Shown piece after piece: positions 59,951 through 64,000 of a DNA stretch of 64,000 nucleotides. A program made the translations under genes and the position numbers. The stretch spans positions 149 to 64,148 of the forward strand of contig JAZNPC010000010.1 of NCBI GenBank assembly GCA_045589455.1, read 5' to 3'. The notes beneath the pieces were generated by a model that saw only the letters and a program-made list of their open reading frames with translations, was not told the DNA's origin and did not search any database. This DNA comes from Kiritimatiellia bacterium. Its GTDB lineage: Bacteria > Verrucomicrobiota > Kiritimatiellia > RFP12 > UBA3636. Each line of letters starts with the position of its first letter. Within the stretch, counting starts at the first letter, position 1.

Positions 59951-60896
59951 TAATTTTGACATTAGTAATATCAATAAATTTAACAATGAACTAAAGGATT
60001 GTAATTTATATAAGCAGATTGAAGGAGAAGATAAAAAAAAATCAGGAATAGAAAAATCTCTGGATAATGTTTGTACTCAAGAAACAAATCCAAGTGTTGA
60101 TGAACAAGGACATGTATATAGAAAAGAGAATGGAGATTTGCTCCCTAATAATAATTTCGTGATGGGTGAAAATACATTTAAAACAGATGATAATGGCAAA
60201 ATCTACGCTATAGATGGAAAACTTGTTCCAGAAAATAAGTATGAATTAAATTGTGCTTCGTATGAAACAGACGAATTGGGACGTATTAGAAAAGTAGTTG
60301 CTCAAGACTTAAAGATAACACCAGAAAACTTAAGAGATTCCACAGCACAAACTTTAGTTGGCGGCAAAGATAGATTGCTAGGAGATAATGGCGGTCATTT
60401 GGTTGCTCGTATACATGGGGGCGATGCTGGTATTGGAAATCAAGTAGCTGTTCGCGACGTAATTAATAAAGGTGATTGGAAGATTGATGAGAATACAATA
60501 AGTGATTTAATAAAAAAAGGTAAAAATGTCAGGACGGAAGCGGAAATTTTTTATGATGGTAATTCTGAGCGACCATCTAAAATAGAGATTTCAATCTATT
60601 CTAATGGAGAAAAAATAAGCGAAGCTGTTTATGATAACAATATTGGATCGAAGGATTTATTAGGATTGGAAAAACTTAAAGATATATTAAGCCCTAGTGA
60701 TTATCAAAACCTTTGCGATGAAATTTCTCAATTAGAAAAAAATGGAGATAAGGTTAGTATTACTTCTGTAACATTTAAGTCAGGAGAAGATCCTTCAATA
60801 GCAGTGAGAAATGAAACAACGGAAAAAACTTGTTATTGGCCATGGAATACACGCAATGAAGGAAAAACATTGAGTGATGTATTTCACAATTCATAA
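59943..60896 (+). CDS. Putative effector protein translationally coupled to the HerA-like ATPase. It carries a His/Gly/Asp-rich patch compatible with a metal-dependent (His-Me-finger-like) nuclease or hydrolase
   Basis: 317 aa with a GGAG RBS. The conserved-looking segment is KDRLLGDNGGHLVARIHGGDAGIGNQVAVRD. The functional call is speculative. Confidence 0.55.
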   Translation: MINNFDISNINKFNNELKDCNLYKQIEGEDKKKSGIEKSLDNVCTQETNPSVDEQGHVYRKENGDLLPNNNFVMGENTFKTDDNGKIYAIDGKLVPENKYELNCASYETDELGRIRKVVAQDLKITPENLRDSTAQTLVGGKDRLLGDNGGHLVARIHGGDAGIGNQVAVRDVINKGDWKIDENTISDLIKKGKNVRTEAEIFYDGNSERPSKIEISIYSNGEKISEAVYDNNIGSKDLLGLEKLKDILSPSDYQNLCDEISQLEKNGDKVSITSVTFKSGEDPSIAVRNETTEKTCYWPWNTRNEGKTLSDVFHNS

Positions 60897-60916
60897 ACAA
60901 CAGGTAGGTGTAAATA

Positions 60917-61309
60917 ATGGAAATAACTATAACCTATGAAGAGGTTTCTAATATAATAAAAACCAAATCTAATGTAAATGCGACATTTACAATGATTGAC
61001 AGCGAATCAATAAGTGTTAAAGTTAAACCTGGATTGCTTATTCCTGCGGTTAATATAACCTTAAAATTAGAAAAAGATGCTAAAGAGTATAAAATTCGTT
61101 ATGGCTCTGGTGTTGTGTCTCTTCTAGTAACAAAAATAGTAAATTTGTTCGTAAATGATAAACTACCTGAATTTGTCAGATTAGATACATCGAATAATAC
61201 TTTATCTTTTGATTCTACAATTAAGCATAATGGGATTGTTGTAGATATTAAGGATATTACATTTTTAGAAGAAAAAATTTCAATATCTTTATTTTTAAAA
61301 GATTTGTAA
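60917..61309 (+). CDS. Small hypothetical protein of 130 aa immediately downstream of the putative effector, a possible partner or immunity-like protein
   Basis: ORF with an AGGTG RBS. No motifs recognised. Confidence 0.5.
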   Translation: MEITITYEEVSNIIKTKSNVNATFTMIDSESISVKVKPGLLIPAVNITLKLEKDAKEYKIRYGSGVVSLLVTKIVNLFVNDKLPEFVRLDTSNNTLSFDSTIKHNGIVVDIKDITFLEEKISISLFLKDL

Positions 61310-61734
61310 AATTATCAGTCATCTCATATTGCTCAACCTAAATTCGGTGTTGCGCATCTGAGTTATTCACCAGATTATTCTAATGTCAAAATCATCACTT
61401 AACAAAATCAATGACCGGCTTTAATTATGCTACAATGAAGGGTTAAAAAAAGCAACAATCAAAGCATTGTCTCCTAAGTATTATGTATTTGTAGAAGTTT
61501 GATAGGTTTTTGGAATAAAAATCATTGTCTATTTTATTAGAGTTAGTATTGTGATTTGTAAGCATTTGTAGTTGTATTTTTGTTCCACCTTCCATAAGAT
61601 TTATTCGTCAAATGAGGAATAAACAAATGTAGGCGGGATGTGCTGCTAGGGTTCCGTGAAATCGCCAAGGCCGTATTTCGGCAATATGATGAATGACCTA
61701 ACACCATTCCGCTTACTTCTTTTAAGGAGATTAT

Positions 61735-62451
61735 ATGAACGAAAACATTTTGCAAGCAAAACTAGATAAATTGTTTGATAATTGGAAGGCAGCAATAGAT
61801 GCTTGTCCAGAAATTCCTGCAGAAATTAAGGAATGCTTCGTGCGCGATGGCTTCTATCCAGGCTACCTAAACCAAAAGTGTAAGGTGCTGTTTGTGGCTC
61901 GCGAATCACTTAGTGTTGAAGGAGATTATATAAAAGAGGTTTTTGATGCATATAAAAGTAAACGTGTTGGTGGCAAAAATATCAATCAGTATCAATTCCA
62001 TGCGTTAATGATGTATATAGCATATGCTCTAAATAATAATTGCTTTGATTGGAATAGCATTCCTTGGGCAGAAAAGCTCTGCGAGACATTTGGTACGCCT
62101 GGCGGACTTAGCTTCGCTTTTATGAATTTGTCTAAATTCAGTAATTGGTCGAAATCTAGTTGGCAAAGTAATTGGAATTTGATAAATTCTTCTCTAAATG
62201 TTAGTGGCAACGATTCTTTCATCAAACAGGAAATTGAATTGCTAGACCCAGATGTAATTATTACTATGAATTTAGATGGTAATTTAAGTTACTTGGGTGA
62301 AATGCGCAAGATTGTTAATACCACCGATATCAATAAATATGCTTACAAGATCAATGGTAAGGAAATACCTCTCTACGATATGTGGCATTTTTCTGCCCCA
62401 AGTAAGTCGCCAAGAGGAAATTATTTGGAGCCACTTAGTAAATTAGTTTAA
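61735..62451 (+). CDS. Hypothetical protein of 238 aa
   Basis: Strong AAGGAG RBS and AT-rich codon usage consistent with the island. It has a weak resemblance to a nucleotide-binding-fold N-terminus (KVLFVARES) and a WHFSAPS segment. No confident assignment is possible. Confidence 0.55.
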   Translation: MNENILQAKLDKLFDNWKAAIDACPEIPAEIKECFVRDGFYPGYLNQKCKVLFVARESLSVEGDYIKEVFDAYKSKRVGGKNINQYQFHALMMYIAYALNNNCFDWNSIPWAEKLCETFGTPGGLSFAFMNLSKFSNWSKSSWQSNWNLINSSLNVSGNDSFIKQEIELLDPDVIITMNLDGNLSYLGEMRKIVNTTDINKYAYKINGKEIPLYDMWHFSAPSKSPRGNYLEPLSKLV

Positions 62452-62465
62452 AAGGGAGAAAAAAC

Positions 62466-62666
62466 ATGGCAAAGCAACGTGTTGATTTGACAGATAAGAA
62501 GTGTGCTACCTGTCGTTGGTGGCAAGGTGATCGTGAGGTGATATTTTGGTCTCGTAAGCCATTTAAAGTCGAGTGCGATGCACAAGGTATGTGTCCATCC
62601 TGCAAGCAAAATAAGACCTATAGCTTTAGCTGCAGAAATTGGGTTCCATGGGAAAAGCTTCCATAA
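62466..62666 (+). CDS. Small zinc-ribbon protein with CxxC…CxxC
   Basis: 66 aa with KKCATCRWW…GMCPSCKQNK. A GGGAG RBS precedes it, 14 nt after the preceding gene. Confidence 0.5.
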   Translation: MAKQRVDLTDKKCATCRWWQGDREVIFWSRKPFKVECDAQGMCPSCKQNKTYSFSCRNWVPWEKLP

Positions 62667-62749
62667 TGCTACGTTTGACAGTTAATTACTGAATTTAGAT
62701 TAAAAATATAAATGAGGTTTTATAACTTAAAGTAAGGAAAAAAGTAATA

Positions 62750-64000
62750 TGAGAAGTTGTCTAACTGTGTTTTTAGGAATCGTTATTATTGGTGCTATTC
62801 TTCTGATATATTTCTTTTGGGAAGCAATAATAGCGTTATTATTAGCGTTGTTACAAATAGTTTTGACATTTATTGCAATAGTGGTGGGAATTGTGGTAAT
62901 GATTGCTGTAGTAAGTTATTTTAGGAAAAGAAAAATAAAAGAATTAGCACGCTTAGAGCGGGAAAGAAATGCTACATTAGAAAATAGAATTCGAGAAGAA
63001 GTTTATATACCGGTTCCTGAATATGCAGTTACATCTAACAATTATTATGAATGCTTACACATTCTTGAAGAAGCTGCAGATTATAAAAGAAGGATTGAAA
63101 ATGCTTCATCAAAGCTTGAAAAGAGCCAATTAAAAAATGAGTTGTCTAATTTCAGGCTTAAATCATTCTATGTTATTTCTCTACGTCATGAAGTTGATGA
63201 AGAAAAATGGGCGTCTTATGAAACAAAGATTAATAATATTTTATCTAAAAATGGTGATTGGAATTTGCTAAGAATAGAAGATAATGAAAAATCATTAGTT
63301 ACTGGAAAATACGAAGCTAAAGTAAAAAATAATTTAGGTAATATAACATTGAGGCTTGAGGATAATAATATCGATGATGTCATTAAAAGAGTTGATTTGA
63401 TTAAAGATTTTGATACATCAGGTATTTTTACAACGCACAGTTTGACTAAGCTTAATGATAAAACAGAACAAATGACTAAATGTTATGATTCTATTGAGAA
63501 GAGGTATAAAGAGCTATCGGATGTGGGTGAAATAACTAATAAGATTTTGGTAGAAGCTCGTGGTGCTGCATATCGGAATATTTTCTTAGGTGTAGAACTT
63601 TTGAATTATATTAGAGATAATTCTGGAGGAACGGGGCTAAAGGTTCAACATGATTCGGTTGATATGCAAGAAATTAATCTTTCAACAGATATTCCATTAA
63701 GTAGTTTGAATATTGATTTTGGAGAAGTTTTGAAAGTGGGTTTGTTTAACAAAGAAGGCACTAAAGCTATTTCAAGAATTTTGAAAAATCCTAAGAGTAT
63801 TGGTTACAATAGTGCTTTAATTGGCATTTCTGTTGCAAAAGAACTTTTAAAAGCACGTAATAAAGCAATTCAGGCAAATATAAAACAACAAAAGGAACTG
63901 ATAAAATGTATTGACGATGCTTGTAAAAATTATACAAATACTCGTGCTCAAATGTTTAGAGCAATTGAAATAGTTAAAGCGATTGTTCATTCAAATGCAG
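62750..64000 (+). CDS. N-terminally membrane-anchored protein of unknown function (partial; it continues beyond the window)
   Basis: ATG at 62750 after an AAGGA RBS. Two N-terminal TM helices (LTVFLGIVIIGAILLIYFFWEAIIALLLALLQIVLTFIAIVVGIVVMIAVV), then more than 350 aa of charged sequence. There is no stop before the window end. Confidence 0.6.

Noticed and set aside
1-64000. tRNA, rRNA, tmRNA or riboswitch genes
   Set aside because: Scanning the intergenic regions for the tRNA T-arm consensus (GTTCGAATC-like), rRNA-like blocks or obvious riboswitch cores found nothing convincing. None is reported.
50520-64000. Prophage, integron or transposon identity for the AT-rich island
   Set aside because: There is no integrase, transposase, recombinase, attC-like site or phage structural gene within the window. 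The mobility mechanism cannot be supported from this sequence alone.

Overview
This 64 kb window reads as bacterial chromosome. RBS-type Shine-Dalgarno sequences sit upstream of most genes. Core regions are about 40-45% GC by eye, and the final ~13.5 kb is visibly AT-rich. I cannot assign the phylum from the sequence alone.

Core content, left to right:
- ilvE (branched-chain aminotransferase).
- A ~1350-aa secreted repetitive surface protein and two BspA-type leucine-rich-repeat surface proteins. These are embedded in two large mosaic repeat arrays (about 1.2-2.2 kb and 6.6-7.9 kb).
- A minus-strand block: ptsP (GAF-EI), a GT2 glycosyltransferase, pgi, icd, and an SSF symporter.
- A MacAB-type efflux operon without an outer-membrane gene.
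- metG, a TrmH-family methyltransferase and an HD hydrolase.
- A DAACS symporter, a YhcH-family protein, an orphan ZnuC-like ATPase, glgB, a HAD hydrolase and an SDR.
- argF followed by a pyrB-like gene.
- exbB-exbD-tonB, then two hypothetical genes and rluD.
- A complete minus-strand HlyD-MacB-TolC efflux operon.
- A GH29 alpha-L-fucosidase.

A ~260 bp GC-rich repeat element occurs in two near-identical copies (about 25.0 kb and 50.25 kb), with degenerate copies elsewhere. The second copy marks the boundary of an AT-rich accessory island running from about 50.5 kb to the window end.

The island encodes:
- a YkvA/DUF1232 protein with an apparent A6-tract frameshift;
- a polytopic membrane protein;
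- two translationally coupled bacterial dynamin-like GTPases;
- a small glycine-zipper membrane protein;
- a ~1100-aa protein in which an N-terminal domain and a glycine-zipper segment are fused to a HerA/FtsK-type ATPase (Walker A GSTGSGKS, Walker B LEEAH);
- an overlapping downstream 317-aa protein with a His/Gly/Asp-rich hydrolase-like motif;
- several further small or membrane proteins.

I regard this island as the most likely location of an undescribed membrane-associated conflict or defence system. No tRNA, rRNA, CRISPR array, integrase or transposase could be supported.
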